A stretch of DNA of 64,000 nucleotides from Bacteroidia bacterium (GTDB lineage: Bacteria; Bacteroidota; Bacteroidia; Flavobacteriales; Flavobacteriaceae). Position 1 is the first letter of the stretch; the number at the start of each line of letters is the position of its first letter. The notes beneath the pieces are model-generated. The model saw only the letters and a list, made by a program, of their open reading frames with translations. It searched no databases and was not told the origin of the DNA. The stretch is from positions 13,990 through 77,989 of the forward strand of contig JAUIIU010000003.1 of the NCBI GenBank assembly GCA_030431695.1, read 5' to 3'. Shown here piece after piece: positions 1 through 10,368 of the stretch. The position numbers and the translations under genes are program-made.

Positions 1-1
1 T

Positions 2-934
2 CTACACATCATGCCCCCAGTTCTCTAATTCTTCGGGGGTCCATACATCAGGGAAGAAAATTCTCCTCTGGTATTTCGGCAACATATATTTAGCCCAGTC
101 ACTACCTCCGGTAGCTTCTTCGGGTTCATTTCCGTGGTTGAGATATTTAACAGCGGTATTGTAATGGGCCATTACCCATTTGATATTCACTGTCCGGTCG
201 TAATGCCTCATGGCCTTTCTCAATTTCGGGTCTTTTTGAACCGATTCCGGCAAGCTCTTGAACTTAGCGTACAAATTTATGGTATTATATTCTTCCGTAA
301 ACGCGACAAACTCATTTTTATATTTTTCTTCGAATGCTCTGAGCAAATAACTCTTTTTTCCAGTGTTATAGTCCTTGCCAGCTGCCTGCCAATATAAGTG
401 TTCCAGGGCGTGTTCATAAGGAGTGTCGCGATCTATGGTTTCTCTGAAACGCGCATCAATGAGATTGATCAGGTCTGTGGAAGCGAATTCGATCTTTCGG
501 TATTGTGCACTTTGGAATCCACTGGCGGGCGCAAGTGTGTTTCGGAATTTAAGGTATTGTTCCACTTCCATTCCCTCGGTCATGATCTGGAAAGAAGAGG
601 TAAGCATATCAAAATACCGACTGATCCTCAACAATCTGGCCGAAAAGAACTCGACCGTAAGGTTCTCATGATGGGATACCTGCTGTATTTCCCAGAGGAC
701 CATCTTGAATAACAGCTCATTTATCTGGTGGTAGATGATAAAGACCATCTCATCGGGCAGCGTGGTACGTTGTACCTGGAGATTCAGCAGGGCGTCTGTC
801 TGGATATAGTCCCAGTAGGTCATAGGTTCTCCGTAGAGCAATCCTTCAAGGTGGGTATCCAGGTCCTGGCCAATGGCATCGTATTTTTGCTGAAGTTGCT
901 CCAGGAGCTTTTTGGTTTCCGGTTGTATTTCCAT
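2..934 (-). CDS. kynA: tryptophan 2,3-dioxygenase
   Basis: The 310-aa ORF matches the TDO family in length and in conserved stretches (YWDYIQTDALLNLQ, IIYHQINELLFK). Its stop codon lies at 2-4. Confidence 0.85.
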   Translation of the reverse strand: MEIQPETKKLLEQLQQKYDAIGQDLDTHLEGLLYGEPMTYWDYIQTDALLNLQVQRTTLPDEMVFIIYHQINELLFKMVLWEIQQVSHHENLTVEFFSARLLRISRYFDMLTSSFQIMTEGMEVEQYLKFRNTLAPASGFQSAQYRKIEFASTDLINLIDARFRETIDRDTPYEHALEHLYWQAAGKDYNTGKKSYLLRAFEEKYKNEFVAFTEEYNTINLYAKFKSLPESVQKDPKLRKAMRHYDRTVNIKWVMAHYNTAVKYLNHGNEPEEATGGSDWAKYMLPKYQRRIFFPDVWTPEELENWGHDV

Positions 935-943
935 TTATTTCGG

Positions 944-1714
944 TTAGTCTACGACTATTTTAAACGAATGCTGAAGGCCTTTGAATTCTGTTAAGGTAGC
1001 CTTTAACGACCCTACGGCCAGGTCTGCCTTTATCAGGAGTGGTATCTTGTTGTCGTCGTCACTCACCCAAACCGTTAAGCTTTCCTTTTCTTTAAATACC
1101 CTTCCTGCCTGTACATAAGGCCTGAAAATGAGGCAGGGAACTTTCCCAAAGTTAGTTTTTAAGGTTTCCCTACCCAAAAATTTGAGTCGGAATTTATAGT
1201 TCTCCTTGTCGAAGAACATATTCATATCCACCGTATCTCCTTCGGAAATAGTATTGACATCCAGGTTGTTACGCAGGTAATAGAATGCCGAAACCATATC
1301 CTGGGCATCACGCGGGAAGCTTACCGTTTCCTTGGTCTCGTGTTTCTTGTTATGAACCAGCGCCCGGCCCGATTCGTGATCGAAATCGATTTGTATATCC
1401 TTGGTATGACCCCCTTCATCTATTTTCCGAATAAAGCGATATGGGCGGTCATTGTATTTATCAATATAGGATTCGTAATAATCCTCGACCTTGAAAAAAA
1501 GTTTGGACAGTCCCGTGGTCTTCCCTTCCCCCTGCACGTGATACACGCTCCGGCCGTCGAGGTACTTATTATCTACCTGAAGCGTAGCATACCCGGCAGT
1601 TACAAAACCATAATGCACACGAAACTTGAACCACTCACCATCTCCATAGGCCTGTTTCTGGGGGAAAACAGCCGTGATCGAAAAGAATAAAAAAAGCGTT
1701 ACCAGCTTTTTCAT
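944..1714 (-). CDS. secreted DUF3108-like protein
   Basis: It has an N-terminal signal peptide (MKKLVTLFLFFSITAVFPQ). The GEWFKFRVHYGFVTAGYATLQV block resembles DUF3108 proteins. Confidence 0.55.
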   Translation of the reverse strand: MKKLVTLFLFFSITAVFPQKQAYGDGEWFKFRVHYGFVTAGYATLQVDNKYLDGRSVYHVQGEGKTTGLSKLFFKVEDYYESYIDKYNDRPYRFIRKIDEGGHTKDIQIDFDHESGRALVHNKKHETKETVSFPRDAQDMVSAFYYLRNNLDVNTISEGDTVDMNMFFDKENYKFRLKFLGRETLKTNFGKVPCLIFRPYVQAGRVFKEKESLTVWVSDDDNKIPLLIKADLAVGSLKATLTEFKGLQHSFKIVVD

Positions 1715-1764
1715 AGCATAAGTTTTATTAGTTGGTAGTTTCAGTACAACTACAATGCCAAAGC

Positions 1765-1796
1765 AAAAACTCCATCTTTTAGACGATGGAGTTTTT
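1765..1796 (-). terminator. intrinsic terminator downstream of hppD
   Basis: Inverted repeat AAAAACTCCATC / GATGGAGTTTTT with an 8-nt loop. On the minus strand the hairpin is followed by a T-run, and it sits just after the hppD stop at 1810. Confidence 0.6.
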
Positions 1797-1809
1797 ACTA
1801 CGTTACAAC

Positions 1810-2970
1810 TTACAGTGTCCCGCGCATGGCCTGCTCTCTTTCGATCGACTCGAAGAGTGCCTTAAAATTACCCGCACCGAAACCTTTGGCGCCCATCCGC
1901 TGGATGATCTCGTAGAACAGGGTAGGCCTGTCCTCCACCGGTTTTGTAAATATCTGAAGCAGGTATCCTTCTTCATCGGCGTCCACAAGGATCGACAATT
2001 TCTGAAGTTCTTTCAGGTCCTCCTTCATCATCTCCATGTGTTCACCTAAACGTCCGGGGATGTCATCATAGTATGTTTGAGGCGGTGGCGGAAGGAATTC
2101 CACTCCCCTTGCCTTCAATTCGGCAACCGTTCTGATGATGTCATCGGTTGCCAGCGCAAGGTGCTGAACGCCGGAGCCTTCATAGAAATCGAGATATTCT
2201 TCGATCTGCGATCTCTTGATACCTTCGGCAGGTTCGTTGATCGGGAATTTTATACGTCCGTTACCGTTACTCATAACCTTACTCATAAGGGCAGAATATT
2301 CGGTGTGTATCTGCTTGTCGTCAAAGGAAAGGAAATTCACAAATCCCATCACTTCTTCGTACCATTTCACCCAGGTGTTCATTTGTCCCCAGCCAACATT
2401 ACCCACCATATGATCGATATACTTCAGTCCGGTTGGTTCAGGGTTATAATCCGATTCCCATTTTTGGAATCCAGGCAGGAAAATTCCGTTGTAATTCTTC
2501 CTTTCCACAAACATGTGTACGGTTTCACCATAGGTATAGATACCGGCGCGTACCACTTCACCGTGTTCGTCCTGCTCCACAAATGGTTCCATATAGGATT
2601 TAGCACCCCTGGCAGTGGTCTCTTCCCAAGATTTACGCGCGTCGTCCACCCATAGTGCAATCACCTTCACCCCATCTCCATGTTTAACGATATGGTCATT
2701 AATGGGCGATTTACTGTTCAGAGGTGTGGTAAGGACCAGTTTGATCTTGTCCTGCTTCAGCACATAGCTAACCGTATCCCTCGATCCGGTCTCCAGGCCT
2801 TTATAGGCAAAGGACTGAAATCCAAATGCCGTTTTGTAGTAATGCGCAGATTGCTTTGCATTTCCTACATAGAATTCAACATAATCGGTTCCCAACAGTG
2901 GTAAGAAATCCTGGGCTCCTTCGAATATTTTTTCGAGTCCGTAGTCAACGGATTTAACTTCTTTACTCAT
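1810..2970 (-). CDS. hppD: 4-hydroxyphenylpyruvate dioxygenase
   Basis: Full-length similarity to HPPD, including the C-terminal GFGAGNFKALFESIE motif. The ATG at 2970 (MSKEVK...) is preferred over the TTG at 2994. Confidence 0.9.
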   Translation of the reverse strand: MSKEVKSVDYGLEKIFEGAQDFLPLLGTDYVEFYVGNAKQSAHYYKTAFGFQSFAYKGLETGSRDTVSYVLKQDKIKLVLTTPLNSKSPINDHIVKHGDGVKVIALWVDDARKSWEETTARGAKSYMEPFVEQDEHGEVVRAGIYTYGETVHMFVERKNYNGIFLPGFQKWESDYNPEPTGLKYIDHMVGNVGWGQMNTWVKWYEEVMGFVNFLSFDDKQIHTEYSALMSKVMSNGNGRIKFPINEPAEGIKRSQIEEYLDFYEGSGVQHLALATDDIIRTVAELKARGVEFLPPPPQTYYDDIPGRLGEHMEMMKEDLKELQKLSILVDADEEGYLLQIFTKPVEDRPTLFYEIIQRMGAKGFGAGNFKALFESIEREQAMRGTL

Positions 2971-3045
2971 TTTATTCTTGTTTTTGACTTCCAACGTACT
3001 ATGATCTGTGTTTCCGTAGTACTTCGGAAGAAAATTATTGTTAGA

Positions 3046-4203
3046 TTAATCTAGCCACGACTGGAAATAGGTGTCGTCGGCAATCTTCATTGCTTCTTCC
3101 GTAACCTTGAGTGGTTTGAAGGTATCCACCATAACAGCCAGCTCATCGGTCTTTACCTGCCCGATACTTCTTTCGGTTGCACCGGGGTGCGGCCCGTGTG
3201 GGATTCCGGCAGGGTGCAGGGAAATATGTCCCGCGTCGATATCGTTCCTGCTCATAAAATCCCCATCCACATAATACAGCACCTCATCGCTGTCGATGTT
3301 GCTGTGGTTATACGGTGCCGGGATACTTTCGGGGTGATAATCGTACAATCGAGGCACAAAACTGCAAACCACAAAGGCATCAGTCTCAAAGGTCTGATGC
3401 ACCGGTGGCGGTTGATGGATTCGGCCTGTGATCGGTTCGAAATCGTGAATGGAGAAAGCATAGGGGTAGTTATAGCCGTCGTAACCAACAACATCAAAAG
3501 GGTGGGTTGCATAGACCATTTCTATGATCTCGTCCTGTTTCTTGACTTTCATCAGGAACTCACCCTTTTCGTCAAAGGTCTCCAGTTCATCAGGTCTGCG
3601 GATATCACGCTCGCAGAACGGAGAGTGTTCCAACAACTGCCCGAACCAGTTTCGGTAACGTTTGGGCGTGTAAATTGGCCGGTAGGACTCTACGATGAAC
3701 AAACGGTTATCTTCGGTGTCGAAATCGATCTGGTAGATCATTCCTCGCGGGATCAACAAGTAATCCCCGTACTTGAAATCCAGGTTGCCCATAAAGGTCC
3801 TGAGCTTCCCACTACCCTTGTGGACAAAGATCAGTTCGTCGGCGTCCGTATTCTTGTAGAAATACTCCCGAAGCGAATCTTTGGGTGCCGCAAGGATGAT
3901 ATTACAGTCGCTGTTCGTGAGTACAATTTTCCTACTATCAAGGAAATCATTCTCTGCCGGAACCTGGAAGCCCCGGAACCGGTATGATTGCAAATTGTTA
4001 GCCTTGGCGACCTTGGGTGCAACACTGTATTGCTTTTTGATGTCCACCACCTGGGTAGGACGGTGTTCGTGGTACAGGTTACTGTACATCCCGTCAAACC
4101 CGATCGTCCCGAACAACTGTTCAGCATAAAGTGAACCGTCCTTTTTTCGAAACTGTGTGTGGCGTTTAGGAGGTATTTTTCCTAATTTATGATAAAGTGG
4201 CAT
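3046..4203 (-). CDS. hmgA: homogentisate 1,2-dioxygenase
   Basis: The 385-aa ORF has a cupin-type HGD signature (HPAGIPHGPHPG). It lies next to hppD. Confidence 0.9.
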   Translation of the reverse strand: MPLYHKLGKIPPKRHTQFRKKDGSLYAEQLFGTIGFDGMYSNLYHEHRPTQVVDIKKQYSVAPKVAKANNLQSYRFRGFQVPAENDFLDSRKIVLTNSDCNIILAAPKDSLREYFYKNTDADELIFVHKGSGKLRTFMGNLDFKYGDYLLIPRGMIYQIDFDTEDNRLFIVESYRPIYTPKRYRNWFGQLLEHSPFCERDIRRPDELETFDEKGEFLMKVKKQDEIIEMVYATHPFDVVGYDGYNYPYAFSIHDFEPITGRIHQPPPVHQTFETDAFVVCSFVPRLYDYHPESIPAPYNHSNIDSDEVLYYVDGDFMSRNDIDAGHISLHPAGIPHGPHPGATERSIGQVKTDELAVMVDTFKPLKVTEEAMKIADDTYFQSWLD

Positions 4204-4366
4204 GTTAATTCATTTTACGTTAATACTTACTTGAGAGGTAATAAAAACGCATCATTCCGGATTTCTCTTGATCAGGAATTTCAGATAGAGGAGTAAATAT
4301 TTCCAGGTTTTTACAGCCATTGAACAAATATCGGAAATTTTTTAACGCCTTCGGGCGATCTAACTA

Positions 4367-6601
4367 TTAAAAACTGAAGCCGATACGGACATACCACTCA
4401 CTATTGTCGTTCTCCGGTGAATAGGCGTATTTGAGTTCCATCGGACCCAGAAATGTCTCCATTCCATATCCTATCGCATAACCGGTATAATCGATCTCTT
4501 CTATCCACTCACCTGTTTCGAACAACCTGTCACCTACATTGCTGATGTTGGCAGAAACATTCAGGTGATTCTTCCTGGCGAATTCATAGTCCAGGGACAG
4601 GGAACTTTTCAAATAGGTGTCACCCCTCAAACTGAGCGCTTCATAACCGTACAAAGGCACAATGTTATTTATTTGCTGAAATCCATACCCACCAACAAAA
4701 AAGTCCAGTGAGCGGGTATTTCTTCCTCCTATCTTAAAGCCTCCTTCAACAGATGCGAGAAAGGTAAGTTTTCTCGAAAGTCCCTGTGCATAACCAAGGC
4801 TTGCCTTGGCGATCGAAAATTCCTCGAAATTTTCATTGCTTCCATTGGCGATCCCATAAAAGTGAAAATCGCCTTCCATGAAGATCCCCTGCGACGGGAA
4901 GAACGTGTTGTCCAGGGTGTCGTATTTCAGGTACCCGAATACGCCAAAATAGTTGGTATTCTCGAAAATCGTTCGGGGCTCATTATTTTCATCTATCCCA
5001 ATGGTCTCCGATAGATAACGCAACCATTTGTGTTCTACTCCACCCCCTATCAGGAATGTCCTTCGGAACAAGGTCTCCACGTATACCTGGTTTGTAAGAT
5101 CACCGTATTTTAACTGAAGCTCATTGAGCTGCAGGTTTGGCTCTGAGATCATTTCAGGAAGAATGAAGTTTGTACGAACATCCTTTTCAAAAAAACTGTA
5201 GCGGGAATTCAATCCTATGCTCCAGTAGTACCCTTTGTCGATGTAGTAGTTGAAATTGTAACGCAGGTTGTCTCCCACAATGAAATCGAAGGAGGCAATA
5301 TCGTTATTGGTGAACAGGCGCTTTCTAGTGATATTGATCAGTGCGGCAGTCCTGTACAGATCGTCATAATGTGCCCCAAGCCTCAAGAGGTTCCTCGAAT
5401 CGCTCTCGATCAACTCGAAATACAGTTTATGTTTTCCCTCTGCCGTTTCTACCATTCGATAGTTGATATCCTGGAAATTTCCGGTAGCACTTAGGTTATT
5501 AATTCCCTCGTTCAATCTCACATAGGAGATCATATCCGGAACCCTAAGTTTTAGTTTCCCAAGCACATAGGCCCGGGTGTAATTGACATTTCCCGATATT
5601 TCTACACTTTCGATATAAATGGACGATTCTTCGTAAAATTCGGGCTTCCTGCGATCCCGTGGCGACTGTTTCTCCGCCAGTTCGGCCAAACGGGACTCAA
5701 ATCTCCTGGCAGCCTCCTCACCCGCATCGATTATCTTTCGTCCGTCGTCAAAGGAAACGACAGTATACCGATCCATGTTCGGGTTTATGTAGATATCAGT
5801 TTTCTTTCGTTTCTCAACCATGTCCTCAATGGTTCGGTAATTATTTATCTGAACCAATACGTCGAATGCCGAATTGAGCTCCTTTCGGGTCTTGAGTGAA
5901 TCCTGCACGTCCACCCCGATAATGATATCCATCCCTTTGTTCCGAAGTTCCTGAACCGGGTAATTGTTCTTCACACCTCCGTCGATAAGGACCTTATCGT
6001 CAATGATCACCGGACTGAACAATGAAGGGAGCGCACCACTGGCCGAAATAGCCTGGGGCAAATACCCTGTTTCAAGCATGATCGCCTTCCCGGTTTCCAC
6101 ATTTGTCGCCATACAAAAGAACGGAATGGGTAATTTGCTGAAATCGTCTATCGTGCTCACATGGGATGTTAGCCTGGAAAAGAGGTTGTACACATTCTGA
6201 CCCTTCGACAAACCACTTGGAAAACTTACCTTGAACCCGTCGAATGGTAGGGTAACTGCGTATTTGTTGGCCTCCGACTTCTCGTAAAAGGTCTTGGAGG
6301 TCCTGGGTATCTCGTCCTGGATCAATTCGTCGAAATCCAGCTGCTCGAAGATGGAATCCAGTTGATGAGCCGAATAACCCGAAGCATACAATGCCCCGAT
6401 GATCGCGCCCATGCTGGTTCCGCCGATATAATCTATTTCGATACCGCTTTCCTCGATGATCTTCAGGGCACCAATGTGCGCGAGCCCCTTGGCGCCTCCA
6501 CCGGAAAGCACAAGCCCGATCTTGGGATCTTCCGTTTTATCCTGTGCAACAAGGGAAGTCGCAAACATCAACAATACTATGTATAGAAATTTCAGCTTCA
6601 T
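4367..6601 (-). CDS. patatin-like phospholipase with C-terminal Omp85/surface-antigen-like beta-barrel
   Basis: It has a signal peptide and the patatin motifs GGGAKG and GTSMG. The long C-terminal region ends in an aromatic residue (...RIGFSF). Its start overlaps the uvrC stop (ATGA). Confidence 0.8.
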   Translation of the reverse strand: MKLKFLYIVLLMFATSLVAQDKTEDPKIGLVLSGGGAKGLAHIGALKIIEESGIEIDYIGGTSMGAIIGALYASGYSAHQLDSIFEQLDFDELIQDEIPRTSKTFYEKSEANKYAVTLPFDGFKVSFPSGLSKGQNVYNLFSRLTSHVSTIDDFSKLPIPFFCMATNVETGKAIMLETGYLPQAISASGALPSLFSPVIIDDKVLIDGGVKNNYPVQELRNKGMDIIIGVDVQDSLKTRKELNSAFDVLVQINNYRTIEDMVEKRKKTDIYINPNMDRYTVVSFDDGRKIIDAGEEAARRFESRLAELAEKQSPRDRRKPEFYEESSIYIESVEISGNVNYTRAYVLGKLKLRVPDMISYVRLNEGINNLSATGNFQDINYRMVETAEGKHKLYFELIESDSRNLLRLGAHYDDLYRTAALINITRKRLFTNNDIASFDFIVGDNLRYNFNYYIDKGYYWSIGLNSRYSFFEKDVRTNFILPEMISEPNLQLNELQLKYGDLTNQVYVETLFRRTFLIGGGVEHKWLRYLSETIGIDENNEPRTIFENTNYFGVFGYLKYDTLDNTFFPSQGIFMEGDFHFYGIANGSNENFEEFSIAKASLGYAQGLSRKLTFLASVEGGFKIGGRNTRSLDFFVGGYGFQQINNIVPLYGYEALSLRGDTYLKSSLSLDYEFARKNHLNVSANISNVGDRLFETGEWIEEIDYTGYAIGYGMETFLGPMELKYAYSPENDNSEWYVRIGFSF

Positions 6602-8394
6602 TCGATTGATTGATAGTACGTATATATTTTCTTAGCCTTATCCGTACCGATCACTTCGGCCAGTTCTTCAAAGCCAGCCTCAGATATACGCTTACTGCTT
6701 TTAAAGTGTTTCAACAACTGGATCACCGTTTTCTCCCCTATCCCGGGTATGGTTTCCAACTCTGTATTCAACGCATCTTTGCTGCGTTTATTCCTGTGGA
6801 ATTCAATCCCAAACCTGTGAGCTTCATTTCTTAACTGCTGAATGACCTTCAGGGTTTCCGACTTCTTATCCAGATACAGCGGTATCGGGTCGTCCGGGTA
6901 GAACAGTTCCTCCAGCCTTTTTGCGATACCAACAATGGCGATCTTACCTCTCAGATCCAGTTTTTCTAGGCTCTTAAGGGCCGAAGACAACTGTCCTTTC
7001 CCCCCATCTATGATGATAAGTTGTGGCAAGGGTTGCTCTTCTTCCTGCAGTCTTTTGTAGCGGCGATACACTACCTCTTCCATAGAGGCAAAATCGTCCG
7101 GCCCTTCCACGGTTTTTATGTTGAATTTTCGGTAATCCTTTTTGCTGGGTTTGCCGTTCTTGAAAACCACGCAGGCCGCTACAGGATGTGTCCCCTGTAT
7201 ATTACTATTGTCAAAACATTCGATGTGGCGAGGTTCTTCGGTAAGTCGGAGGTCCTTCTTCATCTGGGCCATGATTCGTTTCTCGTGCCTGTCCGGATCA
7301 ACGATCTTGGCCTGTTTGAACTGTTCCATCCTGAAATACTTAGCATTCCTTTCGGAGAGGTCCAGTATCTTTTTCTTATCGCCTAATTTCGGTACCGTAA
7401 CCTTTACACCTTCTTCGGAATTTATTCTGAAGGGAACAAAGATCTCCTTGGATTGCGAATCGAATCGTCGCCGCAATTCAATGGAAGCCAGCTCCAACAG
7501 ATCCTTATCCGTCTCTTCAAGTTTTTTCTTGATCTCCATGGTATGCGACCTTATGATACTTCCGAAGGAAACCTGGAGAAAATTCACATAGGCGTAGCTC
7601 TCATCCGAAACAATGGTGAAAACATCCACATTGCTGATCTTCGGGTTTACAATGGTCGATTTAGCCTGGTAATTCTCAAGTACTTCTATTTTCTCCTTAA
7701 CGCGTTGGGCATCTTCAAAACGCATCTCGGCAGCCAGGTCTTTCATCTGCTTTTTGAACCTGCTAAGAGAATCTTTGAAGTTTCCTTTGATGATATTTCG
7801 GATGGCGTTGATACCTTCGTCATAATCCTCAAGTGATTGCATCCCTTCACATGGTCCAAGACAGTTACCCAGGTGATACTCAAGGCACACCTTGTACTTT
7901 CCCGCCTCGATCTTAGCAGCAGAAAGGTCGTAGTTACAGGTACGTAGCTGGTAAAGCCCTTTGATCAAGTCCAGTAAGGTATGAACAGTCTTCATGCTTG
8001 TATACGGCCCGTAATATTCGCTACCGTCCTTTATTAGTCTTCGAGTGGAAAACACACGTGGGAATCGTTCTTTCTTAATACAGATCCAGGGATAGGATTT
8101 ATCGTCCTTCAGCATCACGTTGTAGCGCGGCTGATATTTCTTGATAAGGTTGTTCTCCAGCAACAGCGCATCCGTTTCGGAAGCAACCACAATATGCTTA
8201 ATGGTAACGATCTTCTTTACAAGCAGACGGGTCCTGGCGTTATCATGCTGTTTCGTAAAGTACGAGGCGACACGTTTTTTCAGGTTCTTCGCCTTTCCCA
8301 CGTACAGCAATTTCCCCTCTTTGTCGTAGTATTGATAAACGCCGGGAGAATTTGGAAGAGTTGAGATCTGAAGTTGTACTGAGGCTTCACCCAT
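6598..8394 (-). CDS. uvrC: excinuclease ABC subunit C
   Basis: It has an N-terminal GIY-YIG domain (GVYQYYDKEGKLLYVGKAKNLKKR) and a C-terminal HhH region, at the typical 598-aa length. Confidence 0.95.
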   Translation of the reverse strand: MGEASVQLQISTLPNSPGVYQYYDKEGKLLYVGKAKNLKKRVASYFTKQHDNARTRLLVKKIVTIKHIVVASETDALLLENNLIKKYQPRYNVMLKDDKSYPWICIKKERFPRVFSTRRLIKDGSEYYGPYTSMKTVHTLLDLIKGLYQLRTCNYDLSAAKIEAGKYKVCLEYHLGNCLGPCEGMQSLEDYDEGINAIRNIIKGNFKDSLSRFKKQMKDLAAEMRFEDAQRVKEKIEVLENYQAKSTIVNPKISNVDVFTIVSDESYAYVNFLQVSFGSIIRSHTMEIKKKLEETDKDLLELASIELRRRFDSQSKEIFVPFRINSEEGVKVTVPKLGDKKKILDLSERNAKYFRMEQFKQAKIVDPDRHEKRIMAQMKKDLRLTEEPRHIECFDNSNIQGTHPVAACVVFKNGKPSKKDYRKFNIKTVEGPDDFASMEEVVYRRYKRLQEEEQPLPQLIIIDGGKGQLSSALKSLEKLDLRGKIAIVGIAKRLEELFYPDDPIPLYLDKKSETLKVIQQLRNEAHRFGIEFHRNKRSKDALNTELETIPGIGEKTVIQLLKHFKSSKRISEAGFEELAEVIGTDKAKKIYTYYQSIE

Positions 8395-8524
8395 GTTATC
8401 AAAGATACTTCTCTAATCGACTCCGGGCAATAGTCATTAGGCAAATTTCCAATTTACGCCCTCGATCAATTTCAAATACCTTGGAATCTAATTTTTGTTA
8501 AATTGCAGTAACTAATTTTCTGAA

Positions 8525-9400
8525 ATGAATATTGCCATCTTATCGCGCAGCGAGAATCTCTACTCTACGCGCAGCCTTTTCAATGCCGGGGCTTCCAGGA
8601 GCCACGCTATGGAGGTCCTCGACCCAACGCGATGCACACAGGCCATAGAGGATGGCAAGCCGGTATTGTATTTCGACGGTGAGTCTGTGGACGACCTGCA
8701 TGCCGTGATCCCGAGAATTGGAGCATCAAATACCTATTTCGGGGCCGCACTTGTGCGTCACTTCCAGTCCATGGGAGTATTCTGCGTGGTTCGTGCCGAA
8801 CCTATCTTACAGTCCAGGAACAAATGGACCTGTAACCAGGTCCTGGCACACGCTAAGATCCCGGTTCCGAAGACGGTTTTAGGTACTTCGGGTGATGTAG
8901 AGCGAATGTTGAGTATTTTCGGGGAGCCGCCGTATATCATAAAAATACTGCAGGGTACTCACGGACAGGGTGTGATCCTCGCCGAGACTTATCATTCAGC
9001 CTTATCTACCGTAGAAACCTTGTTAACGGCAAAGGTGCGATTCGTGATCCAGGAGTTTATAGCCGAGTCCCGTGGTTCGGACCTTCGGGCAATAGTGGTG
9101 GATGGCAAGGTGGTTGGAGCGATGAAGCGTCAGAGCAGGAAAGGGGAATTCAGGTCCAACCTTCACAGAGGGGGTTCTTCCGAAGTAATAAAACTCACCT
9201 ACGCGGAGGAAAACCTGGCATTGAGAGCTGCCAAGGCATTGCGCCTTGGGGTGTGTGGTGTTGATATCTTGCAAAGCAAGCGCGGCCCCCTGGTACTAGA
9301 GGTGAATTCAACGCCTGGACTGGAGGGTATTGAAACAACTACAGGAATTTCCATAGCCGGGCAGGTCATCAGTTATATAGAAAGAAACAATCGCCGATGA
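8525..9400 (+). CDS. RimK-family alpha-L-glutamate ligase (ATP-grasp)
   Basis: RimK-like ATP-grasp blocks are present (IIKILQGTHGQGV, DLRAIVVDGKVVGAMKR, GVDILQSKRGPLVLEVNSTPG). Confidence 0.85.
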   Translation: MNIAILSRSENLYSTRSLFNAGASRSHAMEVLDPTRCTQAIEDGKPVLYFDGESVDDLHAVIPRIGASNTYFGAALVRHFQSMGVFCVVRAEPILQSRNKWTCNQVLAHAKIPVPKTVLGTSGDVERMLSIFGEPPYIIKILQGTHGQGVILAETYHSALSTVETLLTAKVRFVIQEFIAESRGSDLRAIVVDGKVVGAMKRQSRKGEFRSNLHRGGSSEVIKLTYAEENLALRAAKALRLGVCGVDILQSKRGPLVLEVNSTPGLEGIETTTGISIAGQVISYIERNNRR

Positions 9401-10368
9401 AGAGGGTAAAAGCCAAGGACCTGAAATTATTCGAAGAAGTGATCGCTCCAGGTGCGTCCTTAGAACTCAATCTGAGTTTTGCCAAACTGCACACCAATAC
9501 TCCTATCGATGTGCCCATATTTGTAGAAAGGTCTTTGCACAAAGGTCCTACGGTACTTTTTACAGCCGGAATCCACGGCGACGAAGTTAACGGGATCGAG
9601 ATCGTAAGGCAATTAGTGAGCAAGGGGATCAATAAACCCAAGATCGGTACTACGATCTGTATCCCGATCATCAATATATTCGGATTTCTTCAGAAAGTAC
9701 GTGAATTCCCCGACGGCAGGGACCTTAACCGCTCATTTCCCGGCAGCAAAACCGGATCGCTGGCGGCCCAGGTGGCACACAAGCTCATGAATCACATCGT
9801 ACCCAATGTCGATTACTGTATCGATTTTCATACGGGAGGATCCAGTCGGTTCAACGCCCCGCACATACGAGTGGAAAAGGGAGATGACCAACTTAAGGAT
9901 TTGGCAGAGATATTTAATGCGCCATTTATACTTCAGTCTAAAAACCTGAAAAAATCCTTCCGAAACGCCTGTAGGAAACAAGGTGTGCCTATGTTGTTAT
10001 TTGAAGGGGGTAAATCCAATTCCATCGACAATGTTGTGAGCAATACAGGGGTCAATGGTTCTAAAAGGGTGTTAAATCACCTGGGAATGCTGAAATCCAA
10101 ATTCAAGGTGTCAAAACCAAAGCGCAGTTCGGTGACCATCACCAACAGTTCATGGATCCGCGCACATGCCTCGGGTATGTTCAAACCAGCGGTAAAAGTG
10201 GGAAGCCTGGTGAAAAGAGGAGAGGTTATTGGACATATAACCGATCCTTATGGAAAGATCCACTACTGGATTAAATCTACCAATGAAGGCTATGTTTTCA
10301 ATGTGAATGAAGCTCCGCTGGTGTACCAGGGGGATGCCTTGTTTCATATATCTACCAGAGTACTTTAA
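9397..10368 (+). CDS. succinylglutamate desuccinylase/aspartoacylase-family zinc hydrolase
   Basis: The GIHGDEVNG zinc-binding motif and overall layout fit the AstE/AspA family. There is a 4-nt ATGA overlap with the upstream RimK-like gene. Confidence 0.75.
   Translation: MKRVKAKDLKLFEEVIAPGASLELNLSFAKLHTNTPIDVPIFVERSLHKGPTVLFTAGIHGDEVNGIEIVRQLVSKGINKPKIGTTICIPIINIFGFLQKVREFPDGRDLNRSFPGSKTGSLAAQVAHKLMNHIVPNVDYCIDFHTGGSSRFNAPHIRVEKGDDQLKDLAEIFNAPFILQSKNLKKSFRNACRKQGVPMLLFEGGKSNSIDNVVSNTGVNGSKRVLNHLGMLKSKFKVSKPKRSSVTITNSSWIRAHASGMFKPAVKVGSLVKRGEVIGHITDPYGKIHYWIKSTNEGYVFNVNEAPLVYQGDALFHISTRVL

Noticed and set aside
3187-3987. Long antisense ORFs inside confident genes (this one in hmgA; also 15011-15784 in ileS, 22322-22993 in the M13 peptidase, 54908-55573 in hsdR, 25712-26227 and others)
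   Set aside because: Each lies fully within a longer ORF on the opposite strand that has clear family motifs. These are typical shadow ORFs.
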